DNA from: Pelagomonas calceolata
Lineage: Eukaryota
Length of the DNA: 64,000 nucleotides
Direction: 5' to 3'
NCBI GenBank assembly: GCA_918797485.1
Contig: CAKKNE010000003.1
Location: 2,542,001 to 2,606,000 of the forward strand
Positions 34,656 to 44,875 of the stretch are shown piece by piece; the first letter of the stretch is position 1, and each line of letters opens with the position of its first letter. Both the position numbers and the translations under genes were made by a program. The notes under the pieces are model-generated. The model saw only the letters and a list, made by a program, of their open reading frames with translations. It was not told the origin of the DNA and made no database searches.

Positions 34656-35213
34656 ATGATGGCCGCAATAGGAGCAGACGCGCCCGCGCCCGCGCCCGCG
34701 CCTCCTGCGCGGGAGGACGCGCCCACGGAACGCACGACGAAGGCGCCCGTCAAGGCGTTCGACCTCACGAAGCAGCCGAACGCGACGCGCAAGGCCCCGG
34801 AGGCGCACCGCGTGCCGCCGTCGCGCACGGCGAAGGACGCCGAGGCTGAAGATAGTGACGAGGACGAATATCTCCACGGCGCCGACCAGCACGAGGGCCT
34901 CGCGCAGTTCATTAATCGGTCGCGGGACTACGAGCCGGCGCTGCCCGCGGACGTCGTGCGGTATTACATGAGGGAAGCGGGCGCCTCGGCCGCCGACGAC
35001 ATCGTCGGGCTCGTCGCGCTGGCGACGGACCACTTCCTCGCGTCGCTCATCAACGAGGCCGGCGAGGCGGCGGCGCTGCGCGGCGATGCTGCGGAAGGCG
35101 GGCGGCGCGTCCTGCGGACGGCGGACGTCATGGCCGCGCTGCAGCAGCGCGGCGTCGACGCGATGAACGGCTCTGCTCCTACGGGGGGCAAGAAGCGCGC
35201 ACGGGGGGCATAA
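34656..35213 (+). CDS. TAF10: TFIID subunit 10
   Basis: DYEPALPADVVRYYMREAG..DIVGLVALATDHFLASLINEA..VLRTADVMAALQQRGV histone-fold pattern. Confidence 0.82.
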   Translation: MMAAIGADAPAPAPAPPAREDAPTERTTKAPVKAFDLTKQPNATRKAPEAHRVPPSRTAKDAEAEDSDEDEYLHGADQHEGLAQFINRSRDYEPALPADVVRYYMREAGASAADDIVGLVALATDHFLASLINEAGEAAALRGDAAEGGRRVLRTADVMAALQQRGVDAMNGSAPTGGKKRARGA

Positions 35214-35224
35214 TACAACAACAT

Positions 35225-35624
35225 TATGACTCTTCAGCCGTCCTAGAATGATCAGGTTCCCGTGCGGCGGGAATTTGATTTTGGTCGCGTGCCCGTCGCG
35301 CAGGTAGCGCTGGACGCCGTCGGCGAAGCGGCGGCCCGTGTCTGGAAAGTGCGCGTTTCGGCCTCGCGAGAACGAGAACGAGAAGCGGTCCGGCCCGGCG
35401 CCAATGCCGGCGTCGTCCGTACTCATGAGCTTGCGCAGCCCGCCGGGATGCGTGTCGATAAATGCGGTCGCGTCGACGACAAACCCATCAACGACGCACC
35501 AGAAGCTCTCCTTCGACCGATGCTGCTCGATTTCCTCGGGTCGGATGCAGCGGTGCGCGTCCGCAGCGCTGCTGGACTGGTTTAGAGACTCATCTGCATG
35601 GTCTGAGCTCACGACTGCTGGCAT
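35225..35624 (-). CDS. Cytochrome b5-like heme-binding protein; 3' end uncertain
   Basis: EEIEQHRSKESFWCVVDGFVVDATAFIDTHPGG; the frame has no stop until 34566, so the end coordinate is approximate. Confidence 0.65.
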
Positions 35625-36049
35625 GGCGGCGAGTCTCCAGCTTCGCCTACCAGCGACGAGTCGACAGCTCTGCCTCGCAGCGTCGTCGCGAGGTCGCCGT
35701 ATGGGCTAATACCCTCTGAGCAAAGTCTTAGTCAAATGAACACCCTAGCGTAATGTAAGACACTAGAGAGTACGGCAGGAAGACTTTGTCCAGCTCGTGT
35801 GAGCCAAAAACCGGCCTTGCTGCCGGTGCTGATGCAATTTTATTGACCACATATACGACCCAAAAAACTGGTCAAGGCAGCTCGCGCTCGCAGCTCGCGC
35901 TCGCGTAGCGCCATTGGCGCGACCAAAACTCGTAGGAGTTCCCCAGCACAGCACAGCGGACGCGGGCTAATTGCGTGTTTCAAACACGCTAAAGTGTTTG
36001 CAAAGCACCAATACGTCTCGCATCCGTTTTTCAAGTAAAAGCGTGAAAG

Positions 36050-39000
36050 ATGTCGGCCGTCCCGGCGAAGCCCGCGCCGCCCGGCCAGCGCGCCCACCAG
36101 AAGAACAAGCCGAGGCCCATTGATTTTTATAGACCGTTGCCGTTCTGCCGGCCGAAAGGAAAAAATGACTTCAAATACGTGTCCATCACCGCCGCCGGGA
36201 GAAGTCTCGTGACAGTAAGCAGACAAAAGCTCGAGGCGGGCCTCTTCGAAGGCGTGACGACCTACGACAAAGCTATACGGTTGAACGTGCCGACGCCGTC
36301 GTACCAGGACGTGGAGGACTACGATCAACTAGTGCCGGAGCAAGGACCTTTACCTCGAGCGTTTCTGCGAAGCAAGCCGCCGAAACGCAGTACCCTCCCA
36401 AAAGTACCAGGCGAAAAAGCTGAGGCGGCCCTAGCTTTAGGTAGACCCTTGGGAGCGGCACCACCGGCCGACATGAGCGGGAATCCGGCCTGCGCGGAGT
36501 CTGACGACGAGCCCGAATACGTGCTCGGGGCCGACGACGAGCGGTGGCTCCGCGAGACGTTGCCGGACGCCGTGCGGAAGAAGCTTGGCGCGGGAGCCCG
36601 AGCCGAAGCGCAAAAAGGCCGCTCGCACAAGAAGGGCGCGGGCAAGGCCGCTCAATTGGAACAGCAGAAGGCCGAGGAGGAGCGTCGTAAAAGAGAAGAG
36701 GCCGAGAAGCGGGCCGCTTTAGCGGCCCAGCCCGCTACTAGAGGCAAGAAGTCCAAGGAGGAGGACCTCGTCCAGGTGTCGACGCGGCGTCCGCATTTAC
36801 GCCCCTTCCGTAGAGGACAGCCTGTACGCCATCGACGCGGCACGGCGACGGCGAGAGCGCCTCCTACGCCATCGGCGCGGCGATGGCGTCTGCGAGAGTT
36901 TGATACGGCTCGGGCGCCATCGACGGCTCGCGACGCGGTCCGACTCGACTCGAAATTGCAACAGAGACCACCCACCTTCATCGTTCCTGGGGACGAGTCG
37001 CGTCGACGGCGCGAACCCCGCAGGCCATGGAAGTGGACGAAGCGACGCAGGCCACCGAAGAAAACGTCCAGCGCCACGTCAACGCGCTGACGGGGGCCCA
37101 TCTCGAGGCGGTCATCGACACGCTGGAAGTCCTGACGGGCCCCTGGCCGGGCATCGTCGCCAAGGGCCAGCAGGCCGCGGACGCGTTGAAAAGCAACGAG
37201 CCGACGTGGCGCGGCGGCGTCGGGTCCAAGTTGGTGCTGAAGGAGCCCCAACTAGCCGCTGTCTTGGGTCCCGTGATCCATGCGTATTGGCTGCAGAAGC
37301 GGCAGAAGCTAGGGAAACCTTTGTTGAGGCGATTCTGGCCGGCTACGTCTCCCACTGACTCGAACCCGCACTGCGTCTTCCGACCGAGGGAGAAGGAACG
37401 ATACAAGTTGAGGAAACACCGCAAGAACGACGTCGACGCGTTCCGGAAGTTGCAGCAGTTGCGCCGTGACTTCGAGACGGCTCGGGACCTGTGTGCTCTC
37501 GCGAGGCGGAGAGAAACGGTGCGTAGATTACGTGGAGACGCGTCGCGAGGTAGGCTCAGACGCGCCTTGGACACGCTAGCCAAGCAACGGGGCGTCGAAG
37601 CGCTGCCCGACCAATTTCCCTTTGCTGATCAAGATGAGGACTACCGCCTCACGCCGAACGAGGTCGCGGCGGCGACGAAGGCTCTCGCCGACGCCGAGGC
37701 GGCGAAGAAGGCCCAGGCCCAGCTACCGGTCGGGCTGGGTGTGCCTGTGGTCACGGCGCCGGCGCCCGCACCAGCTCCAGCACCGGCGCCGGCGCCCGCG
37801 CCCGCCACGGATCAAAAGCGGTGGTCCCCCGAGGTCGTGGCTCAAGTACTACGAGAACGCTTGGCGAGTGTCGCGCTGCGGCCATTAGAGGAGCCGATGG
37901 TCGAGGACGACTATCCCGAGGAGCGAGGCGCGATCGCGGCGTCCCGTCGTGGAGAGTCACGCCATCAACTTGTGTCCATCTCACGATGCCGTGGGTGGTT
38001 TATTTTTATTTCGAGGCCGTTCGGACCGAGTCGAGAGACCACGATGCTCCGCGCATGACGTGGTCGCCGTGACGGCGTCGACACGATGCCGCGCCGCCTC
38101 GACGCCGTCGATGCGGCCGCATGAGAGCCCACGCGCCTCGTCAGAGAGTCACTGCGTCGTTCCCGCGCAGGCGTGGTCAAAAGAACGGTCTCCGTGAGAG
38201 ATAGGGACGACGCTGCTCGTAGACGTAGGAACAAGAAGCAAAGGCGGGCCTTCGAGGAGGACACCTACGCTCTACCGCCTGGTACGAGCAATGCCACCGC
38301 TCGCGCGCAAGCGAACACCCCGAAAAGACCCTTGCACGGCCAACCGGGCCCGGTCTGCATCCCCCAGAAAGGCTTCATGGACACGGGCTGGTTGCACAGG
38401 GACGACGCCGCTTTGGCCGTGGCTTTGGATAGAGTGTTCCTCGATCCCCCGGTGGCCACGGAGGGTCCGGAAGTCATGGCGCTGCTAAAGCCGCCGCCCG
38501 ACCCCCTCCCGGAGTCGGAGTTCGCGCCCGACGACAAAGCTACCCAGAAGAAGGACGAGAAGAAGGAGGTCCCCATGGAGGTGGACACTAAACCTAAGCC
38601 TAGAGACCCGAACAAGCCGGTGGACGTCGAGGATGACAGAGAAGCGATGAAGGCCGTTACTGCCGCTGCTCAAGCCGAATTTGTCCGGCTAACCGTGTCG
38701 ACGGTTCGTAGAAGAGCTCGGGTGGGTCGCGGTGGTCGTGTTCTAGTTGATAGATATGGGAGTCATACCGTCCCGAAGGCCGTACCGCCGCCCGATTCCA
38801 AACCTTCTTCTCACGTAAGACCGGCATCGCCTCGACCGACGGCGCAACGGCAAGCTTCGTTCACTGGTAGAGTGCGGTACGCTTCTTCAGCTCGCGTCTC
38901 GGCGCCGCCCTTATCTTCCACGAAAAAACCGAGGGGTATTGCAAGGGCGGGTTGGTTCTCGTTAACGGATGACGGTTATTCCTCATCGTCGTCGGACTGC

Positions 39001-39528
39001 GACAGCGTGAACGAGGCCCCACAAATCATCCCGGAGGCGCCGCCGCCACCGCCGCCCCCAGAGCCCGAGAGGGAAAAGAGCCAGCCCTGTGCGGCGTGTC
39101 GCGGCGCCCATTCCGCGCACACGTGCGGCACGCGCGGCGCGTCCGCCGAAGCGGCGGCGGCGGAGGCGCGCGAAGCGGCCGAGAAGATAGCGGCGGCCGC
39201 CGCGGCGTCGCAGGCCGTGGATGCCTTGGCTCCTGCCGATGTTGGAAGGACGCGAGGTGGAACGAGAAAACTCCAGGACGAGGACGAGTACGGGCCGCCC
39301 GTCGAGCCGCCGCGGCCTTTTTGGGTCGGGGTCGCGGATTCCGATTACCGGGCGCGGATGGCGACGTTACCTGCCAGAAGGCCGGCGACGACGTGCCCGC
39401 AGCAGAGGTTGGCCGAGATCTACGGTTTATCTGATAGCGAGGACGAGGACCTCTACCCCGCGGACCAGCCGGACCTCCCTTATACCACTCCGGGGGCGCC
39501 CCGGATCAAGTTCGCCGTGGACGCTTGA
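36050..39528 (+). CDS. Enhancer of polycomb-like (EPL1/EPC, NuA4 subunit), 3 exons
   Basis: PEYVLGADDERWL, IHAYWLQKRQKLGKPLLRRFW, NPHCVFRPREKE, RRRARVGRGGRVLVDR; introns 36776-37023 (GT) and 37928-38170 (GC). Confidence 0.82.
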
Positions 39529-39553
39529 TAAGTTAACGTTAGACTTTACACAC

Positions 39554-41095
39554 TCACAACACGTCCCCGTCGTGACGCCGTCGCCGCGACCGCCGCTTCC
39601 GCAGACTCGCGTCGAACGCGCGCGCCGCCCGCGCGTACACCGCCCGATCGATGGAATTGCGCGCCTCGAGCGCCGCCAGCGCGGCCTCGGAATATTCTTC
39701 CTCTTCTGTCGACCCCTTGTTCCGCCACGGCACGGCAAAGTCCCGGGGCAGGCGCCAGCCGAGTTTTGAAGCGAGCACGGGGCGCGCTTCATGCAATCGC
39801 TCCGTTATTAAAACAGCATCAAAGGCGTCGAGGCGCCGCGACGCTTCGTCCCCATGCGTTTCGTTGACGTCCCCGAACGGCAGCTCCGCGAGCGACGCGA
39901 AGCCGCATAACTCCCGCGCGTAGTAGTTGTCCGCCGCATAACGCCACTGCCTCCTACAACAATGGCGGAACTCGCCGCCCCCGACTAGGGTCGAGGCGTT
40001 CCGTTTCGCGTCCACCCCAAAGTAGCCCTGCGTCCGGTCGGACGCGCGGCCTCGCCTCGAACACAGTAAGCAGTCCCGCAGCGGCTTGTCCGCGAATTCC
40101 TGGAGCTCCACAACGCGCCCGAAAGGTAAACCAGAATAAATGCCGGGGATGTGCACCTCGCGCGTCGCCATCTTGAAGTGCGAGAGCGCGCGTTTCAGAG
40201 GATCTCGCAGTACCGTAACGTACAAAACCTGCCGCGTGCCGAGGAACGCGGGCCAGACGCGGCTCAGCGGCTGTTCGACATGCAGTAACGCAAACATGCG
40301 GTGGTGGGCGCTGAGGACGGCCTGCTGGCCGACCGTCGACGCCCGTAACAAGCCCTCGTCCTGGGGCGTCGAGGCCCTATACCCCGCGCAGCCGTCGAGG
40401 TGCTCCGTGGAGCGCCTTCCATCAGCATTGGCGATGACGGACGGGCAGCGCACGCCCGCCGCCCGCGCCGCGTCGACGACGCTCCAGCCGCCCGTTTTCT
40501 GCAAATGAATTAACACGGACAGCGTGTCCGTTTGTGAACCGAGGAAGAACTCATCAACAGATTGGTGGCATCCTTTTGAGGCAACTAACGCGGCGTCTTG
40601 GTTAAGAGAGACCCACTTCTCGACGCAGTCCCGCGGCGCGGCGGTCGCCGCGTGCGCGCAGCGCGCCGCGCAGGCGTCGGGGCGCACCGCAGATTGTGCC
40701 GCGTGCAGGCAGCGCGCCGCGCAGGCATTTTTTCGCAATACACCGTCGCAGCGGGCCACGCAGGCGTCTAGGCCCGTGGCGGCATACGCCTTGGCGCAGT
40801 GTCTGTCGAGCTCGCGTGAGGGAATGGAGCACTCATCGACGCCGTCATCACAAAACCGCCCGCCGAAGCCCTGGCAGTAGGCGTGCTTCTGGTCCACGTG
40901 GGCGCACCAGGCGCACGCGGGCGCGACGCCGCGCCAGGCCCGCAGCGACGGCGCGGGTTCCCACGTCTGCGGCATTTCTTTGGTCCACTCGGGTGCCACC
41001 GGTTCCGGCATCTGTTGTTGTTGTTGGCGCCGCCAGCGGCGCCAGGCATTTGGCGCCGCCGCGGCCAGGCATGGCATCAGGAGCAGCCCCTTCAT
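39554..41095 (-). CDS. Secreted/Golgi sulfotransferase-like protein
   Basis: Signal-like N-terminus; IHLQKTGGWS (5'-PSB-like), YVTVLRDPLKRALSHF (3'-PB-like), FDAVLITERL. Confidence 0.72.
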   Translation of the reverse strand: MKGLLLMPCLAAAAPNAWRRWRRQQQQQMPEPVAPEWTKEMPQTWEPAPSLRAWRGVAPACAWCAHVDQKHAYCQGFGGRFCDDGVDECSIPSRELDRHCAKAYAATGLDACVARCDGVLRKNACAARCLHAAQSAVRPDACAARCAHAATAAPRDCVEKWVSLNQDAALVASKGCHQSVDEFFLGSQTDTLSVLIHLQKTGGWSVVDAARAAGVRCPSVIANADGRRSTEHLDGCAGYRASTPQDEGLLRASTVGQQAVLSAHHRMFALLHVEQPLSRVWPAFLGTRQVLYVTVLRDPLKRALSHFKMATREVHIPGIYSGLPFGRVVELQEFADKPLRDCLLCSRRGRASDRTQGYFGVDAKRNASTLVGGGEFRHCCRRQWRYAADNYYARELCGFASLAELPFGDVNETHGDEASRRLDAFDAVLITERLHEARPVLASKLGWRLPRDFAVPWRNKGSTEEEEYSEAALAALEARNSIDRAVYARAARAFDASLRKRRSRRRRHDGDVL

Positions 41096-41385
41096 CTATC
41101 GGTTTGTTGCTTGCGCGGGGCAGCCATCTCGTCTTGTCTGCTTTGGAGAGCGATCAGCGGTGATCGATGCGTAGGCAACGGCCAACACACAGCATACAAC
41201 AAGCCGTTTTTTGCTCGTTTGCTCGATTCCTAGTGTGCTCACAACGCTAGAATTATGCTTCGCAGAGCATCGGCTCGATCGGAGTTCAAGAGCTTTTTTG
41301 CGGGCCCTGTGCAATCAACGACCCAGCTTTTGCGATCTGTGTACTCCTACGACAGCCAGGAGGCTGCCACAGCGAGACATCGAGG

Positions 41386-42531
41386 ATGCGCTTTGCACTT
41401 GCAGCACTTTGCACCGTCTCGCACGCGCTCGCGCCCAGCGGCCACCGTACGCCGCCGGCGCGACCGGTCGACGCGCCGGCAAGCGCGGAACTCGACCGCC
41501 GCGACCTCCTGTTGACGCTCGGCGCCGCGGGCCTCCTGCCGCTGCGAGCGCTTGCCGCGAGCCCGGAGGGCACGGTCGTGCCCCAGGCCGAGTTGTTTGA
41601 GACCGCAGCTAAAGTGGCCAAGCGCCGCATCATCGTGACGGGCGCGAATTCCGGCGTCGGGCTCGAAGGAGCAAAAATATTAGCAAAGGCCGGCCACGAC
41701 GTCGTCTGCGCGTGCCGGAACCAGGCCAAGGCCGACGCCGCCGCATCAGCGACAGGCGGCACGGCCGCCGTGTGTGATTTAGCGGATCTGAGTAGCGTGC
41801 GCAGCTTTGCGAAGACCGTGTCCAACGTCGACGTGTTAGTGCTGAACGCGGGCCTCGCCCTGAACACGAAGGACGCGCAGCCGACGCGGACGAAGGACGG
41901 CTTCGAGCTCACCATCGGGACGAACCATTTAGGACATTTTCTACTCTACAATCTGCTCGAGGACAAGCTTGTTAAAAGTGGTGAGCACCCGCGCCTTGTC
42001 GTGACGGCGTCCCCCGTCCACGATCCCTTGTCCGGCGGGGGCAAGGTCGGCTCGACGGCGACGCTCGGTGATTTGAGCGGTCTGAAGTCAGCGAATTTCG
42101 ACATGGTCGACGGCGGCGCTTTCGACGCCGACAAGGCCTACAAGGACTCGAAGCTCTGCAACTTGCTGTTTACGGCCGAGGCGTCACGACGCTTAGCGAA
42201 GAAGAACGCGAAGGCGACGGCCCACGCCTTCAGCCCCGGCCTCATCCCGTCCCCCGACGGCTTCTTCCGCTACCAGCCGAAGTTTTTTGCAAAGACCTTT
42301 AATGCCATCGCGACGAAGGCCGGCGTCGCGGAGACTGCGGCCTTCGGCGGGGCTTGTTTATCGTACGTGGCGACGGCGCCTTTACTAGATCAGTCGACGA
42401 ACGGGTGGTGGGACACGGACCCGCCGGGCAAGCACCAGCTGCTTTGTCACCCGCCTTCCGCGGAGGCGCGTTCAATTGACGAGCAGAAGGAGCTGTGGCG
42501 GCTGTCCGCGGGGCTGGTGGGGTTGGCGTAG
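41386..42531 (+). CDS. Light-dependent protochlorophyllide reductase-like SDR with plastid-type presequence
   Basis: IVTGANSGVG, CACRN, RTKDGFELTIGTNHLGHFLL, ATLGDLSGL, AYKDSKLCN. Confidence 0.8.
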   Translation: MRFALAALCTVSHALAPSGHRTPPARPVDAPASAELDRRDLLLTLGAAGLLPLRALAASPEGTVVPQAELFETAAKVAKRRIIVTGANSGVGLEGAKILAKAGHDVVCACRNQAKADAAASATGGTAAVCDLADLSSVRSFAKTVSNVDVLVLNAGLALNTKDAQPTRTKDGFELTIGTNHLGHFLLYNLLEDKLVKSGEHPRLVVTASPVHDPLSGGGKVGSTATLGDLSGLKSANFDMVDGGAFDADKAYKDSKLCNLLFTAEASRRLAKKNAKATAHAFSPGLIPSPDGFFRYQPKFFAKTFNAIATKAGVAETAAFGGACLSYVATAPLLDQSTNGWWDTDPPGKHQLLCHPPSAEARSIDEQKELWRLSAGLVGLA

Positions 42532-42871
42532 TAAGTTTGAGCCCTATTTTATTTAGCTAGCGGTCTGTAAGACATACTAGCCGAAGAGCGGATCCCAACA
42601 AACACACAAAACGCGCTATAACGCGCCCGCCAGCGCGCCGATTCAACCGCGATCCAGCGCTAGGTGTTCTATAGGGCTGCGCGACAGCCGCGAGAAAGCT
42701 CGAGGGCGCGCCATTCGCGCGGCGGGCCGGGAGAACGCTCTCTGGCAGCACTTCGTCTCCCGTTCAAATTAAGGCGCCGCGACCACTGAGAGGTTCCGCA
42801 GCGCCTGCGCGCGTAGGCTCGAGCGCGCGAACGTCTCAGTAAATTTTGACGCCCCCCGCAGGTACCTAGAC

Positions 42872-44743
42872 ATGAACAACATTCTTGCCGAAGCACACGC
42901 CGCGCGCCGCGAGCGCCAGGGCCTCCCGGCCGAACCGCCGGCACCGGCGGCCGAACTACCGGCACCGGCGGTCGAAGCACCGGCCCAAGACATGGACGTG
43001 GACGCGGACGAGCCCGCAACTCCGCCGGCGAACGCCGACGCGCCCGCGATTATGGACGACGCGGCGAGCGCCGACGACGCGGTCCGAAGCGCCGACGCGG
43101 TGGTCGTCGAGCGGCTCATCGACGACGAAGCGCCGTCCGGCGGCCCGCAGTGCTACGTCTGCCTCTCGTCCGAGGTCACCGAAGGCAACTCGCTCTTGGC
43201 GCCGTGCCGGTGCAACACGGTCATCCACGAGCAGTGCCTGCGCGAGCTGCAGCGCCGGAACCTGCAGGATCCGGGGCGCGAACAGTACGCGCACAATTGC
43301 CAGGTGTGCCAGGCGCCCTACGCGCTCGCGCCGCCGATTATTCCCAACGTGGAAGTGAAGCTCGTCGACCAGTACGCAGAAGCGGTGGCCGAGTACGGCG
43401 AGGACGGTGTGGGCGACGGTGAGTACGACTACGACGGCCACAAGTACGGCGAGTGCGGCGCCGTCACGCACGTGCGGGCCACCATCAGCTACGAAGGCGA
43501 GGCCGTCGGCCGCGTGGCCCTCGTGCTCGTGGATCGCGCGCTCCTCGCGCGCTGGTCCGGTGACCCTAAGAGCTGGGACTTCAACTCGGCTATTGACCAC
43601 GTCGGTGGCGACGGCACGCTCTACGACATCGCGACCACGTTCTTCGACGCCGACGGAACGACGCCGCGGCTCGAGTGTCTCCGGGCGCACGGCGACGGCG
43701 TGGGCCGAGGCCAGTTCGCGTACATCGAGACGTTCGAGATCGAGGCGCCGGCCTCGACGGACCCGCGGACCGACATCGCCACGGTGGCGCTCCAGCAGTT
43801 GCGGGACCTCGTCGGTGGCTGGGGCTGCGCCGCCTACGTCCCCGACGCGCGGACGCACCTGACGGGGGCAGAGCTTGCAGCGTGCGGCGGCAGACCCAGC
43901 TTCTTCGGTTCGGACGAGCTGGACCCGGCGAAGCGGCAGGCGGCGTACGACCTCGCCCGGCGCGGCGCCCGCCGCGACATGACGCCCTTCCTCCGCGTCG
44001 GCTTCTATCAGGTCGACGAGGTCCTCAAGGAGTGCTACCAGAATTCGCACCTCTACTGCGTCGACGCGACCTGGCGCGCGATTCCAATGTCGTACGAAGA
44101 GGCGTCCGCGCCCGGCTTGGTCATGCCGGCGCCGCCGCTGCCGCGGCCCGCCGACGCGGAGCTCAGCGACTTCCTCTCGTCCTTTTGCGCGCGTGCTCGC
44201 AACAATCCCATCTCGGAGGCGACGATGCGCAGGGTCGTGACCTTCATCATCAAGCGCGTGACCCAGCAGGGCACCTGCGTGCGGAAGGCCCGCGCGCTCC
44301 ACTACTGCGCGGCGCACTCCCAGGAGTGTCCGGCCCTGGCGCCGCTCGTCCAGTTGCTCTGCTCGATCGGCGGCCGGGACGCGATCAACGACGCCGACGC
44401 CCTCGGGGCCACGCCGTTGATGCTCGCCGCGATGAACGTCGACTCCGAATCGCCGGACCTGACGATGCTCCGCGTGTTCCTCGCCTGCGGTGCGGACAAG
44501 TCGATCACGGACGACGGGCTCACGGCCCTCGGCTGCTACCGCTCGCGCCTCCGATGCCGCGTCGCGTTCCTCAAAGGGCTCCCCAGGGACTTCGGCGGAG
44601 GTCCTCCCAAGATCCCCACGCTCAACTTCGAGGTCGAGGGCCTGCTGATGCCCTCCGACGGCCCGACCGCGGCGGACAAGGCGGCGTACGACGAGCTGCT
44701 CGGAATGTTCGATACGCGCGCCGCCTTCTACGGCGTCGCGTAG
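42872..44743 (+). CDS. RING-variant zinc finger plus ankyrin-repeat protein
   Basis: CYVC..LLAPCRC..IHEQCL..CQVC; ALHYCA and GATPLMLAA..GADKSITD. Confidence 0.7.
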   Translation: MNNILAEAHAARRERQGLPAEPPAPAAELPAPAVEAPAQDMDVDADEPATPPANADAPAIMDDAASADDAVRSADAVVVERLIDDEAPSGGPQCYVCLSSEVTEGNSLLAPCRCNTVIHEQCLRELQRRNLQDPGREQYAHNCQVCQAPYALAPPIIPNVEVKLVDQYAEAVAEYGEDGVGDGEYDYDGHKYGECGAVTHVRATISYEGEAVGRVALVLVDRALLARWSGDPKSWDFNSAIDHVGGDGTLYDIATTFFDADGTTPRLECLRAHGDGVGRGQFAYIETFEIEAPASTDPRTDIATVALQQLRDLVGGWGCAAYVPDARTHLTGAELAACGGRPSFFGSDELDPAKRQAAYDLARRGARRDMTPFLRVGFYQVDEVLKECYQNSHLYCVDATWRAIPMSYEEASAPGLVMPAPPLPRPADAELSDFLSSFCARARNNPISEATMRRVVTFIIKRVTQQGTCVRKARALHYCAAHSQECPALAPLVQLLCSIGGRDAINDADALGATPLMLAAMNVDSESPDLTMLRVFLACGADKSITDDGLTALGCYRSRLRCRVAFLKGLPRDFGGGPPKIPTLNFEVEGLLMPSDGPTAADKAAYDELLGMFDTRAAFYGVA

Positions 44744-44875
44744 AGACCGCGAGACGAAGTCCCCCTGTATGCCTGTATGCCTAAGACTCCCCACGTTTTT
44801 CGAAAATGCGACTGTCACTGCCTAGGACACGGGTCCCACTGGCACGTTTCGAAAATTTACGACTTTACGCCCTCC

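Noticed and set aside
37755..37806. (Ala-Pro)n and similar low-complexity repeats (also near 17311-17400, 34680, 60790)
   Set aside because: Ordinary coding linkers.
42956..44818. 620-aa antisense ORF, and similar ones such as 586-1275 and 6660-7379
   Set aside because: Shadow ORFs caused by strong G/C third-position bias on the coding strand; no recognisable motifs.
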